A DNA stretch of 64,000 bases from Octopus sinensis (Eukaryota), in assembly GCF_006345805.1 (NCBI RefSeq), contig NW_021836126.1, forward strand, positions 186,001 to 250,000. Direction: 5' to 3'. The notes under the pieces were generated by a model. That model was not told the DNA's origin. It saw nothing but the letters and a program-made list of their open reading frames with translations, and made no database searches. A program made the position numbers and the translations under genes. This document shows, piece by piece, positions 11,592 through 22,303 of this stretch (position 1 is its first letter; every line of letters starts with the position of its first letter).

Positions 11592-14218
11592 GCCCCTTTC
11601 TGTCTATTATCGCTGTGAACGCACGTTCTCTAAAGAGAAGGCGTTCAGAGATTGAGGATATGTTATCCCATAACCCCGTGGACCTTTTGATCGTAAACGA
11701 AACAAAAATCAAAAAACATGATGATTACTACTTGGATGGCTATCGTTCCCTTGATATTAAGTGGAAGCCGGGCTCGATCGCTGGAACAGGCACTTCTATC
11801 TACTACAAATCAACTCTAAGGGTGAAAAATCTAAAAATTGTGTCCGAGGAATTGTGTGAATTCCTCACAATCGACGTCCTTCTGGAAAAAGGGTGGGTAA
11901 CAATCGGAGGGATGTACTCAAAATCCCTTTCCAATTATTCATCGCTTATCAAGGACTTTTTTGCCGATAAACACAATCATTTGTCAATACTCCTCGGGGA
12001 TCTAAATGCCAAATGCACATCTTTTGGCTGTCTGAGAACCAACAGGGATGGCATCATTCTTAAGAAGCTTTCAGAATCTCTCAGTTTCTCGGTCATCACA
12101 TCAAAAACCCCAAATCATTACTCACCAGGAGGGTGGGACTATTTGGGCGTAGCATTGGTCTCTATGTCTACTCTTCAATTTATGGAACAACCGTACACCT
12201 TAAATGATATTGGAAGTGACCATCTACCAATTTTATACAAACTCAACCTTGGACCTTTAAAGGGTAAACCAACTTTTATACGATATAACCTCTCGACTAT
12301 AAACTGGGAACACTACCGAAAATGTTTTACACTTTATCTGAGCAATTTCGCTCCTAAACTTGACGAAAATTCTTCATCTGAGGACCTCGAGAAGTCTAGC
12401 AATTCCCTTATTGGATACATAAAGTCTTATCTGGAAACATATTCTACAAAAATCGTCTCAAACAATAGGAAAACTCACATGCCAAACATGAATGTTGAAA
12501 TCCTACTAAGGAAAAAACAATGTCTAAGGAACAAACTCCGGCGCTGCGCAGATTTTCGTGACCGGTCCGTTTTGGAAAGTGAAATCTTCACCATTACGGA
12601 AGAAATAAGAAAATCGGCGAAGGTGGCGAAGGATAAAAAATGGAATACTGAGTGCAAAAAGCTACATAAAGGAAGTCCAAATTTTTGGAAGGTCTACTCG
12701 AAATTAACCTCGACGTCTGAGAAAACTATACCTAAACTGCTAAAACAAGATGGATCCCCTGCATCTCATGAAGAAATCCCGAACATATTTGCTGATAGTC
12801 TCAAAAGAATACAAGAAGTCAATCCGGATACAAATCTATCTGATTCAGCTTTGTTTGATATGGAAAAAGAGTTGGAAGACAATCTTAGCTCATTACCAAT
12901 GTGCTCGGAATCTATAACGTGCAAAGACGTGGAAAATGCAGTTAGATACTCCAAAAATAACGCTCCGGGAAAGGACAAGATAACCATGCGCATGTTCAAA
13001 GAAGCTCCCAAGCAACTTTACGAATATTTGGGATGTCTCTTCTCCCGCAGTGTGAGCTTGGGATACGTCCCTTCTTCATGGAAACTGACGGAGGTAAGGA
13101 TGATACGGAAGCCTGGAAAACCTGGTTACTTGGCGACAAGTTATAGGCCTATAAGCCTAATTCCTACCATCAGTCGAATAATGGAAAGGGTAATGTTTGA
13201 ACGACTCTCTGAACACGTCGAGAGAAATGGTTATCTCAAAGACGTGCAGTGGGGCTTTCGGAGGGGTCGTTCCTGTGCTGACTGTCTTTATACACTCAAT
13301 TCGTCGATTGTAAAGGCTCTGGATTTCAAAGAGTGTCTGACAATTGTGTCTCTAGACATCTCAAAAGCCTTTGATATGGTTTGGCACCTCGGTCTCCTTA
13401 GACATCTGGCGAAGTGTCACATAGACAAAGGACTATTCCTATGGCTAAAAGACTTCCTCCGCGACAGGCGCTCTGTGATAAGCTTTCTGAACTATGACTC
13501 GGATGAACTGAAACTTAAAAGAGGCGTCCCTCAAGGATCAGTCCTCAGTCCTCTATTATTCAACATTGTGATGAGCAATCTGCCGTCTCCTGTCAACACA
13601 CGGACGGAAATTTTGATATACGCCGATGATGTTGTAATCCTTGACATTTCATCGAAACCTGCCTTATCCGAACAAAGGATTATATCATATATGAATACAG
13701 TGGAGCAATGGTGCGATGAAAATATGTTCATTATTGCGCGTGAGAAGTCCGCATTACTGAGAATCACAGAAAGCAGAAATTTAATAAATTTACCGTGCCT
13801 GATCAAGAACATACCTCGACAAAACTCAATTAAATATCTTGGCTTGTTCATCGATGAAAAGGGAAACTATCTCGAAAACGCAAAATTAAGTAAAAGGAAA
13901 GCAACTAATGCTCTGTTCTGCCTGAGGAAGTTAAATTTGGAGCCTGATACTTTCCTCTACGTTTTCAATACGGTGATCCTACCGGGACTACTATACGGAA
14001 AAGAGGGATGGTACTTCTCTAAAAAGAAGGACACCATCTTAACTAAATTTGAAAAGTCTCGCAGGCTCGCTTTGAAGCTTGCTTACCACCAAAAAGTTGA
14101 AGATCCAATCCCCCTGTGGCTTGAAAGTAAATCCTCCATGGTCGGTGAAACTGTCGAAAAAGCTATAAGTGGTTATAAATCCAACTCAATTGTCACTGGG
14201 ACGTACCTGCAGAGGTAG
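11588..14218 (+). CDS. LINE E3 ORF2, APE-RT, 876 aa, GTG start
   Basis: Uninterrupted ORF with the same APE and RT motifs as E2 (YADD at ILIYADDVVIL). Confidence 0.95.
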   Translation: MSPFLSIIAVNARSLKRRRSEIEDMLSHNPVDLLIVNETKIKKHDDYYLDGYRSLDIKWKPGSIAGTGTSIYYKSTLRVKNLKIVSEELCEFLTIDVLLEKGWVTIGGMYSKSLSNYSSLIKDFFADKHNHLSILLGDLNAKCTSFGCLRTNRDGIILKKLSESLSFSVITSKTPNHYSPGGWDYLGVALVSMSTLQFMEQPYTLNDIGSDHLPILYKLNLGPLKGKPTFIRYNLSTINWEHYRKCFTLYLSNFAPKLDENSSSEDLEKSSNSLIGYIKSYLETYSTKIVSNNRKTHMPNMNVEILLRKKQCLRNKLRRCADFRDRSVLESEIFTITEEIRKSAKVAKDKKWNTECKKLHKGSPNFWKVYSKLTSTSEKTIPKLLKQDGSPASHEEIPNIFADSLKRIQEVNPDTNLSDSALFDMEKELEDNLSSLPMCSESITCKDVENAVRYSKNNAPGKDKITMRMFKEAPKQLYEYLGCLFSRSVSLGYVPSSWKLTEVRMIRKPGKPGYLATSYRPISLIPTISRIMERVMFERLSEHVERNGYLKDVQWGFRRGRSCADCLYTLNSSIVKALDFKECLTIVSLDISKAFDMVWHLGLLRHLAKCHIDKGLFLWLKDFLRDRRSVISFLNYDSDELKLKRGVPQGSVLSPLLFNIVMSNLPSPVNTRTEILIYADDVVILDISSKPALSEQRIISYMNTVEQWCDENMFIIAREKSALLRITESRNLINLPCLIKNIPRQNSIKYLGLFIDEKGNYLENAKLSKRKATNALFCLRKLNLEPDTFLYVFNTVILPGLLYGKEGWYFSKKKDTILTKFEKSRRLALKLAYHQKVEDPIPLWLESKSSMVGETVEKAISGYKSNSIVTGTYLQR

Positions 14219-14375
14219 AAAAGAAAAAAAAAAAAAAAAAAAAATTTACTTGAGGGGGTCTCTTTTTTTTCTGGGAAGAAGTCGATAGGGTAGTCCTATT
14301 GTTTCATTATACAAACTCCCCCCTAACCTTTAACCCTTCTCTGTTTCCAATAAAACTTCCTATTCCTCGTTGTGA

Positions 14376-14905
14376 ATGAATACGTGGAGCAATGGTGCGA
14401 TGAAAATATGTTTCATTATTGCGCGTGAGAAGTCCGCATTACTGAGAATCACAGAAAGCAGAAATTTAATAATTTACCGTGCCTGATCAAGAACATACCT
14501 CGACAAAACTCAATTAATATCTTCGGCTTGTCATCGATGAAAAGGGAAACTATCTCGAAAACCGCAAAATTAAGTAAAGGAAAGCAACTAATGCTCTGTT
14601 CTGCCTGAGGAAGTTAAATTTGGAGCCTGATACTTTCCTCTACGTTTTCCATACGGTGATCCTACCGGGACTACTATACGGAAAAGAGGGATGGTACTTC
14701 TCTAACAAGAAGGACACCATCTTAACTAAATTTGAAAAGTCTCGCAGGCTCGCTTTGAAGCTTGCTTACCACCAAAAAGTTGAAGATCCAATCCCCCTGT
14801 GGCTTTAAAGTAAATCCTCCATGTCGGTGAAACTGTCGAAAAAGCTATAAGTGGTTATAAATCCAACTCAATTGTCACTGGGACGTACCTGCAGAGGTAG
14901 AAAAG

Positions 14906-14937
<32 letters not shown>

Positions 14938-15074
14938 ACTTGAGGGGGTCTCTTTTTTCTGGGAAGAAGTCGATAGGGTAGTTCTATTGTTTCATTATAC
15001 ACAAACTCCCCCCTAACCTTAACCTGTAACCCTTATCTCTGTTTCCAAGCAATTCCTATTCCCTATTCCTTTCC
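14376..15074 (+). repeat. Indel-rich duplicate of the E3 3' end (13691-14370)
   Basis: Direct repeat with many 1-nt indels and a somewhat different tail. It is either a 5'-truncated extra insertion or an assembly overlap. Confidence 0.85.
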
Positions 15075-15334
15075 ACGGGTATTTGTCAATTTATGAATTT
15101 TTATTGATCGCATCTAAGAAATTGAGTGATCGCTCGCTGCGCTCGGTCGCTCGCAGCGCTCGCGACTATTAGCTTAAAAAAATTTAATCGGGTAGACTCA
15201 TTATTTAAGCTTGACATCTCATTATTTATGCTTAGAAAATTTAAATTTAAAATAATCAATTCTAATTAAAAAGTTACATTTTTAAAATCTCTAAAATTTC
15301 ATTATATCTTAATAATAAATGGTATGGTGTGGTG

Positions 15335-15395
15335 TCTGTCTGTCTGTCTGTCTGTGTTCTGTCTGTGTGTCTGTCTGTCTGTCTGTCTGTGTGTG
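15335..15395 (+). repeat. (GTCT)n/(GT)n microsatellite near the Helitron 5' end
   Basis: GTCTGTCTGTCTGTCTG..., read directly. Confidence 0.9.
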
Positions 15396-15419
15396 CACAC
15401 CAACTTCAAATTGGCAATA

Positions 15420-16490
15420 CGATGTCCTCGACTTACATGATGAGGTCCTTAAAACCTTCCCCCCAAAAAAATTAAAAAAAAATTTTCTGCATTTGGTTAA
15501 AATGAACAACTACAATGTCCTCGACTTACATGATGAAGTCCTTAAAACCTTCCCCCCAAAAAAAATTAAAAAAAATTTTCTGCATTTTGGTTAAAATGAA
15601 CAACTACAATGTCCTCGACTTACATGATGAAGTCCTTAAAACCTTCCCCCCCAAAAAAATTAAAAAAAAATTTCTGCATTTTGGTTAAAATGAACAACTA
15701 CAATGTCCTCGACTTACATGATGAAGTCCTTAAAACCTTCCCCCCCAAAAAAATTAAAAAAAATTTTCTGCATTTTGGTTAAAATGAACAACTACAATGT
15801 CCTCGACTTACATGATGAAGTCCTTAAAACCTTCCCCCCCAAAAAAATTAAAAAAAAATTTTCTGCATTTTGGTTAAATGAACAACTACAATGTCCTCGA
15901 CTTACATGATGAAGTCCTTAAAACCTTCCCCCCAAAAAAAATTAAAAAAAAATTTTCTGCATTTTGGTTAAAATGAACAACTACAATGTCCTCGACTTAC
16001 ATGATGAAGTCCTTAAAACCTTCCCCCCCAAAAAAAATTAAAAAAAAATTTTCTGCATTTTGGTTAAAATGAACAACTACAATGTCCTCGACTTACATGA
16101 TGAAGTCCTTAAAACCTTCCCCCCCAAAAAAATTAAAAAAAAATTTTCTGCATTTTGGTTAAAATGAACAACTACAATGTCCTCGACTTACATGATGAAG
16201 TCCTTAAAACCTTCCCCCCCAAAAAATTAAAAAAAAATTTTCTGCATTTTGGTTAAAATGAACAACTACAATGTCCTCGACTTACATGATGAAGTCCTTA
16301 AAACCTTCCCCCCCAAAAAAATTAAAAAAAAATTTCTGCATTTTGGTTAAAATGAACAACTACAATGTCCTCGACTTACATGATGAAGTCCTTAAAACCT
16401 TCCCCCCAAAAAATCAAAAAATTATTTTCTGCATTTTGATTAAAATGAACAACGCGAATGTCCTCGACATTCATGATGAGGTCCATTAAA
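15420..16490 (+). repeat. Tandem array of ~94-bp units, 11 full copies plus a partial
   Basis: Unit AATGTCCTCGACTTACATGATGAAGTCC...AACAACTAC starts at 15420, 15514, 15608, 15702, 15796, 15890, 15985, 16081, 16176, 16270, 16364 and 16457. Copies differ mainly in homopolymer length. Confidence 0.97.
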
Positions 16491-16714
16491 ACCTTCAAGG
16501 CAAAAATCTCACGTATTAAGAATATCCTTGATGAAAACGACAGCGAGAATATTAACAATGATGAACTCCCAATTATTCGCGATAAAGAAATTCAATTCAT
16601 CCTATGTTTTTCTCTTTAAAATTAAATGCATATATCATTATCGACCATGAATCAAAATTAAAGCTATTATCATATTTGACTTTGACAGAATGTGCAATCA
16701 CAGATTGCACGACT

Positions 16715-16912
16715 TTGAATAGAGTGTGCAATTAACAGATTTTGAAAAACCACTTTGATAGTTGAAACCACATTAGCACAATCATTAACACAATTTACCA
16801 CCAATTGACGCACGACCTTGAATAGAGTGTGCAATTAACAGATTTTGAAAAACACTTTGATAGTTGAAACCACATTAGCACAACCATTAACACAATTTAC
16901 CACCAATTGACA
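16715..16912 (+). repeat. Two-copy ~100-bp direct repeat inside the Helitron
   Basis: TTGAATAGAGTGTGCAATTAACAG...CACCAATTGAC occurs twice. Confidence 0.85.
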
Positions 16913-17271
16913 GCGCAATCAGAAGAATTTGCGTAAAAATATTAACTATTTACTTGAGTTTTTCGTAAAGATAGAATTTATTTTCGGTATGCCTCTTTTC
17001 CTAAACTTTTTTATTATTCAAAAATAATTTTTTAAATAGATAACCGAAGGAGGAAAAACGAAGCTGAAGAAAAAACGGTCAGCTTAATAAGGTAATTAAT
17101 TAAATCTTTTTTGTGTGTCGCTTTCTTGCCTGCCGCATTTCCGCCTGCCGCATCTCCCCCTGCCCCATTTCCGCCAGTAAAAAATAAAAAAAGAAAAAAA
17201 AGGAAATTACAAAGGAAAAATGAAAAAATTAAATATAAAAAAAAATAAACCACAAAAAATGAAAAAAAAAG

Positions 17272-17460
17272 TTTGCAATGACAATAAACAAGGCCCAGGG
17301 ACAGTCATTAAAGGTAGTTGGGTTATTTTTAGAGAGTGAGTGCTTTTCACATGGACAGCTGTATGTGGGATGCTCGAGGGTAGGCAGAAGAGAAAATTTA
17401 TTCATATATGCCAAGGAAGGACGGACGACAAACATCGTTTATCAACAGGCGATAGAATAG
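17272..17460 (+). pseudogene. Helitron Pif1-like helicase C-terminal remnant
   Basis: FAMTINKAQGQSLKVVGLFLESECFSHGQLYVGCSRV...TTNIVY. Confidence 0.9.
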
Positions 17461-17879
17461 GGTTACATTAAACCAGGTAGTTTTATACATCTACATAAAC
17501 TTATAGTTGTTTGATGAAACAGGCCCTCCGCAGGAGCTAGGTCGCGGTGAGCGAAGCGAGCTGCCGAGCTAGTAGTTTAATAAATGTTCTAGATCTAGAT
17601 ATTGAAAAACTACATCGATCTAGATATCGTTTAGACACCTTTACGCTCCTTTTGAGATTGGAATGAGTAAATTTGTCAGTAATAAACTATTAAGAAATAT
17701 TTTCATTAGATGGTCCAGAAGATTGTTTCGCTTGTGACACGTGTGGGATTATAACTTTGTTTATGTTCCTACAGAATGTTTTATAATAATACTCACATAT
17801 TATTATTAAAAGCACTCCGAGAAGTCATAAAACTAATTAAGCTTCCTTGTGCCGCGTGAACAACAATACGTCCCACAAA

Positions 17880-18290
17880 CTTCTCCAGGTGCCTCTCCTC
17901 TTTGTCAATTCTCTCAGGTTGTCGAGATCATCAGCATTTTCGAGTTTTCCTCCCAATAATTTTGAGATCCTGATTTAGCACCGATGGGAGTGTTGTCCTT
18001 GGTCTTCCTCGGAATGCGTCTCCGCATTGCATGAAATATGTTTCCATAGCAATGTTAGGGAGTGGCGACGTCCATCCGCAGAATGTGCCAAATAGCCTCC
18101 ATCGTGATTTCAGGATTTCGATCGAAAGAATTTCTGAGTTGCATAATTTGTATAGGTTGTGATCTTCTGCGGGGTAGCGGATGTTGGTGCTGCACGTAAT
18201 TGAGATCTATGGAAACTGTCTAGTTTCTGATTTTCCAGTTTTGTGAGTCCCCAGGTTCCACAGTTTTTTAGCCTAAGGAGGCCGTCGAGT
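17880..18290 (-). mobile_element. RTE-like LINE ORF2 C-terminal fragment
   Basis: Minus-strand remnants of the GTWGLTK and RWRLFGH motifs, as in 61661-62056. Confidence 0.65.
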
Positions 18291-18539
18291 GTGTTTAGTT
18301 GAAATTTACTTTTTAATTGTTCTTTCCTTTAAATTCCTAAGGCAAAGGGGTGTCACTTCCTGGGGTATTTCTCAAAGGAGAAGTGTCCTGAGTACAACCT
18401 GTCCTGCATTCTGGTAATGCCCCACCAACAGAGGACTAGTTTGTCGGCATTATAAACATTTTCGGAACCATATTCATTTATTTTTGAAAAGATAATTTTT
18501 TTTTAAGTCTTCGATTCGTCTTTGAACTAATCCGCAGAA

Positions 18540-18850
18540 TATTCCAATTCACCATAAAAAATTCTTAGTTTTATATTCAAGCCATCCTTTACTGGATTTA
18601 AATTCGGGGAGACCGTTTAAACGCAGCAAATTCAGCTGCTTTAGATTAAATTATCTCATCATTGAGGCAAACTCCAATAGATTCCATGAAATCTATCCAG
18701 GTAATGATTTTAGGATCAATTGATGAATATCTGAGTTTTGAAAAACGATAACTTCTCCCATAAATTGGATTAATTCCAAGAATCTTCTGTTTGTCCAACA
18801 ATCGTTAATTGCACGTCTCGAAATTTATTTTTTGAAACGCAACGAAAAAT
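18540..18850 (-). mobile_element. pogo/Tigger transposase N-terminal (CENP-B HTH) fragment
   Basis: Homologous to the plus-strand copy at 46690-46980, which reads FKSSKGWLEKF. Confidence 0.7.
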
Positions 18851-20668
18851 TTCTGAAACATGACTTAAACTCAGAGAAGAGTTATCAATAAGATAATTTA
18901 TAATTTCTCTTTTTTGATCATAAAATAATCTAGAGCACTTCCTCGTGTTACACAAAAAAATAATAAATTTTAATTTTTTAATACTAAAAAGTGGCGAGTA
19001 AGAGAATTTTGCGAGCAATGGACTTTTTTTAGTAAAAATGGCATTTTTTCCCAAAAGTGGAAAGAAATAGAGGGTAAACTGTAGTTTGTTTTTGGCAATA
19101 ATTAAGGATATCTAAAATAAATGCTTGAATTATCAATACCTCATATGAGCTAGTAGACATAATTATCTATTGGTCTAAATCCGAAAGTTTTCAAGATTTA
19201 TCATTTTAGTTCTTTTTGCAATAAAACTGTCGACAGTGTCAAGATTTTGTGGGTGAGTTTTTTTCCTTATGTCATTTTAATTGTGCGGCTTCAAAAGTTG
19301 TTTCCCATTATGACGTCGCATATCATACACTGCGCTTAATCGACGTTTTCAGATCCAGTATATTGGGTAAATCACATTGGACATGAGGATCATTGCTAGT
19401 AAAATTAACTAATTTTTAAAATAATTAATAACAAAACAATTGTCAGTTAACTAAATTAACCCAGCCGAACGGATTGCTTGCGCGTTCCCGCGCACGATTG
19501 CGAGCGAGATCCTCTGCCACAACCAAGAGGACTCGCGAGCATCCATCTTCTTCCGAGCGATGAGGATACCGAGGTCTTTTAAGAAGCATGTGGTCTGCGG
19601 ACCGGAAGCGCCTGATGTCTCAAAAGCCACAGGCACGAAGGAATGCTGAGTGGATTAACTAATTATATTTTTTAATTTAAAAAAGATATAAACACAGACA
19701 TAGATAATTTAAACTTCGGCGCATAAGATGGCTTGGAAGTTACTTCGAATGATTGGTTTTAGTTTCACAATAATTTAATCTTTTTTACATTTTAACATTT
19801 AATACTTCTTGGATTTTTCTATAAAACTCTATTTCTTGCCTATTTTTATATTTATTAAAATTTTACTATATGAAAATTCAATAATTTCATTATCTATTTT
19901 TTGTTCTTTCTCAGTCTCTGTTTTTGAATGAGAATTTTGAGATGTTAATATGTCGCGAGCCGCGAATAAAACCGAGCCGAAAGTGAAACTGCCATCAATT
20001 TCAATCCTGTCAATCATTGTCAAAAATATAATAATCAATTATTTCAAAGAAACATTAACTAATTATTGTTAATTATTTTTTCGATGATGCACTCTCATCT
20101 CTTATTCATTTTTTATAATAAAGAGAATTCAAATCTACCCAAAGGAAAATCCAATTTTTAATTATTTTTTCTAAAATTATAACGCTTACTTTATGTTTTG
20201 GGACTGTTTTTACTGCCTGGCTTTATACTGCCAAGACTTCTATACTTGAGCGAACATCAAAAGACAATAGAATTGGATATTCTGAATCGCTCGATAGTTC
20301 TCTAAAGTTGGCAGCTGAAAAAATCTCTAACATATGCTTTAATCACGCTCGATGGACTTGCTGCAAATCATCACTACGCCCTTTGAAGTTGGACTACGTT
20401 CGCCACTGAACATGACCCTTCCTGTCTTTCTTTCCTCAGGCGCCAGCTCCCACGTTTTCATCACCCGAATCCTACGTTACTCTCGCGGATTGGAAGAAAT
20501 CGGGTTTCTACATCGAGAATTTTATAGTCAATCTCAAAACTTGACTTTGCTTGAGATCAATGACTTCACCAAATTGTCGGAGGGACAGAAGACCACATGG
20601 AGAAGCTTTCGTAAAAGATTGAGTTGAATCTAGGTTATAACAGGTGTTTTGGTTATATATGGCGGACA
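18699..20668 (+). repeat. Segmental duplication copy A (~2 kb), composite of Tigger, CRE, MITE-end and RTE-APE fragments
   Basis: Near-identical to 34725-36705, from AGGTAATGATTTTAGG to TATATATGG(C/A)GGACAG. Confidence 0.95.
19441..19650 (-). mobile_element. CRE-like (RLE-type) LINE 3' fragment
   Basis: PVAFETSGASGP...WLWQRISLAIVRGNAQAI. Duplicated at ~35480-35670. Confidence 0.8.
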
Positions 20669-21224
20669 GGACAGGACAGTAATTGAAAGCGGACTCAACC
20701 CATTAAAACTCATCGCTCCCCACACCATAGCTCCTTTTCTGTAATGAAGCTTTTGATTTATGCATGAAGGATGAATTGTTTCATTTCTTTTACGCCAAAC
20801 ATACGTACCTTTTCACCAATTGACAGCAGAAACTTAGATTCGTCAGAAAAAATAACTTTGGACCACTGTTCTATAGTCCAGTTTATTTTCCTTTAGCCCA
20901 AGCTATCTTTGCTTCTGTTATTTTATGTTAGGAAGGGCTTACAAACAGGGGTTCTGGAAAAAAATCCAATTGGTTTAGACGTCTGCTTATTGTCATTCGG
21001 CTCAAATTAATTCCGTGAGGAATAAGTTTTTTTCGGAAATTTCCTTAATAGAGATGAATCTATTTTCCATCAAAACTCTTTGAATAACTCTTTCTTCTCG
21101 TGAAGACGTTATTTCTAAGAGACCTCGTGACAGATACATCGCTGATTTGATAGATCTTAGACGTACTCCTCTCTAAATGATTCTTTTTGCTGGGTATTAC
21201 ATTAGATTTATATTTTTAGATTTT

Positions 21225-22027
21225 AGTAATTATAGACTCTTTTTCCAAGTATGTTGTTGTGGAAAATGCCAAAAACGAAGACAGCTGAAGAAATAACAGT
21301 CTATTCCAGCGAGCGTTTTTATATATTGGTAAGTCCATTTCCAATAAGTGTTCTATAGGGCCTCCGGTCATTTTGCACACGGACAATGGTAAGGAATTAA
21401 GAATACCGCTATGGATGAATTATGCGAAAAGTATTTAATAAAACATGTTTTCGGCAGAGCAAGAGCTCCATGGATCCAGGGCCAAGTTGAAAGGTTTAAA
21501 AGTTATCGTTAAAGAAATAGATTAATCAAACGATTAAAAGATGGATTTCTTCCGCAAGTGGGTCACGTGAGCAATTCGGACGTTATCTGGACATTCTTAA
21601 AGATATTGTATTTGATTACAACTCCACTGTTCATGAGACAACTAAGAAGATTCCTTTTTATTTGTTCATGGGCCAGGAAAAACCCTCAAGACATCCAGAA
21701 AAAAGACCGAAATGATTTGCTGGATATGAAGACCAAGAGGAAATTTTAAATGCGCGAAAAGTTGCTTATGACAACATTCTTATGGCAGCGGACAAAATGA
21801 TAAAGAGACGAAAGTGGAAATACGACGAAGATGCGATAATTGAGGGAGATCGGGTGATTTTAAGAACTGATTCGGACGCAAATCGACCAAAGCTCCCTTT
21901 ATATGATGGACTAGATACTACACTCTATTCTGTCAAAACCGTCAATGGAGATATCTATGTTCTAGAAGACGATACAGGGAACATTATTACTGACGTGCAT
22001 GTTTCAAGATTAAAAAAGCTTAGCTGA
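21225..22027 (+). mobile_element. Ginger/GIN-like DDE integrase pseudogene with mini-introns
   Basis: VIIDSFSKY...GPPVILHTDNGKE...GRARAPWIQGQVER|(L)NQTIKR. GT-AG introns at 21329-21358 and 21494-21520. Confidence 0.8.
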
Positions 22028-22184
22028 CTTTATTTTAGAAATTTTTTGTTACGAATATAAAGTTCAAAATCTGGTTGATTTTTAAAAACAAAGCTTTGTA
22101 AAGTTAGGGCTTAATAGGGGTTATGTCAAGTTAGAGCTGGTTTTAATAATTAGGATTTAGTAAAAGTTTGAAATTAATTGGATT

Positions 22185-22303
22185 GGTTACAATTAGGGTT
22201 AGGGTTGGTTACGTTAAGCCTTAGGGTTTGGTTAGGGTTAGGGTTGGATTGGTTACAATTAGGGTTAGGGTTGGGGTTAGGGTTTGGTTAGGGTTAGGGT
22301 TGG
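22185..22303 (+). repeat. Interstitial degenerate (TTAGGG)n tract
   Basis: TTAGGGTTAGGGTTGG blocks, read directly. Confidence 0.85.

Larger units (their letters stand above)
10391..14370 (+). mobile_element. LINE copy E3: full-length, divergent sister subfamily of E2
   Basis: Same 5'UTR start (TATTTTGCATTTGGCC), same ORF layout, 3' hairpin, AATAAA and TTCC-type tail. Confidence 0.95.
4765..15166. mobile_element. Putative non-autonomous TIR DNA transposon (MITE-like) hosting the LINE array
   Basis: Perfect 28-bp inverted repeat: GTCGCGAGCGCTGCGAGCGACCGAGCGC at 4765-4792 and its reverse complement at 15139-15166, with about 10 bp of further imperfect pairing inward. TAT flanks both ends (4762-4764, 15167-15169), a possible 3-bp TSD. 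A related terminus TAT|GTCGCGAGC occurs near 19952 and 35982. Confidence 0.6.
15307..17572 (+). mobile_element. Non-autonomous Helitron
   Basis: A|TC 5' end at 15307, a (GTCT)n tract, internal tandem arrays and a helicase C-terminal remnant. A GC-rich GCGAAGC-containing subterminal segment precedes the CTAG|T 3' end at 17569-17573. Confidence 0.85.

Noticed and set aside
9433-13851. Long minus-strand ORFs (9433-9888, 10716-11204, 11213-11545, 13531-13851)
   Set aside because: They are antisense shadows of the LINE ORFs with no recognisable motifs.
15430-15455. Hammerhead-like ATGATGA(G/A)GTCC..AAAAC in the repeat unit
   Set aside because: The core is CATGATGA rather than CTGATGA, GAAA is missing, and no helix II pairing is possible.
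15420-16490. CRISPR-like appearance of the 94-bp array
   Set aside because: There are no unique spacers; whole units are near-identical. The context is eukaryotic, inside a Helitron, with no cas genes.
15309-16558. Short ORFs in the microsatellite and tandem array
   Set aside because: They are produced by repeat periodicity and broken by homopolymer length changes.
18355-18375. TTCCTGGGGTATTTC as another LINE target site
   Set aside because: It is an imperfect match inside an RT remnant with no insertion, and is plausible by chance.
22185-22303. True chromosome end
   Set aside because: The tract is short, degenerate and internal to the window.
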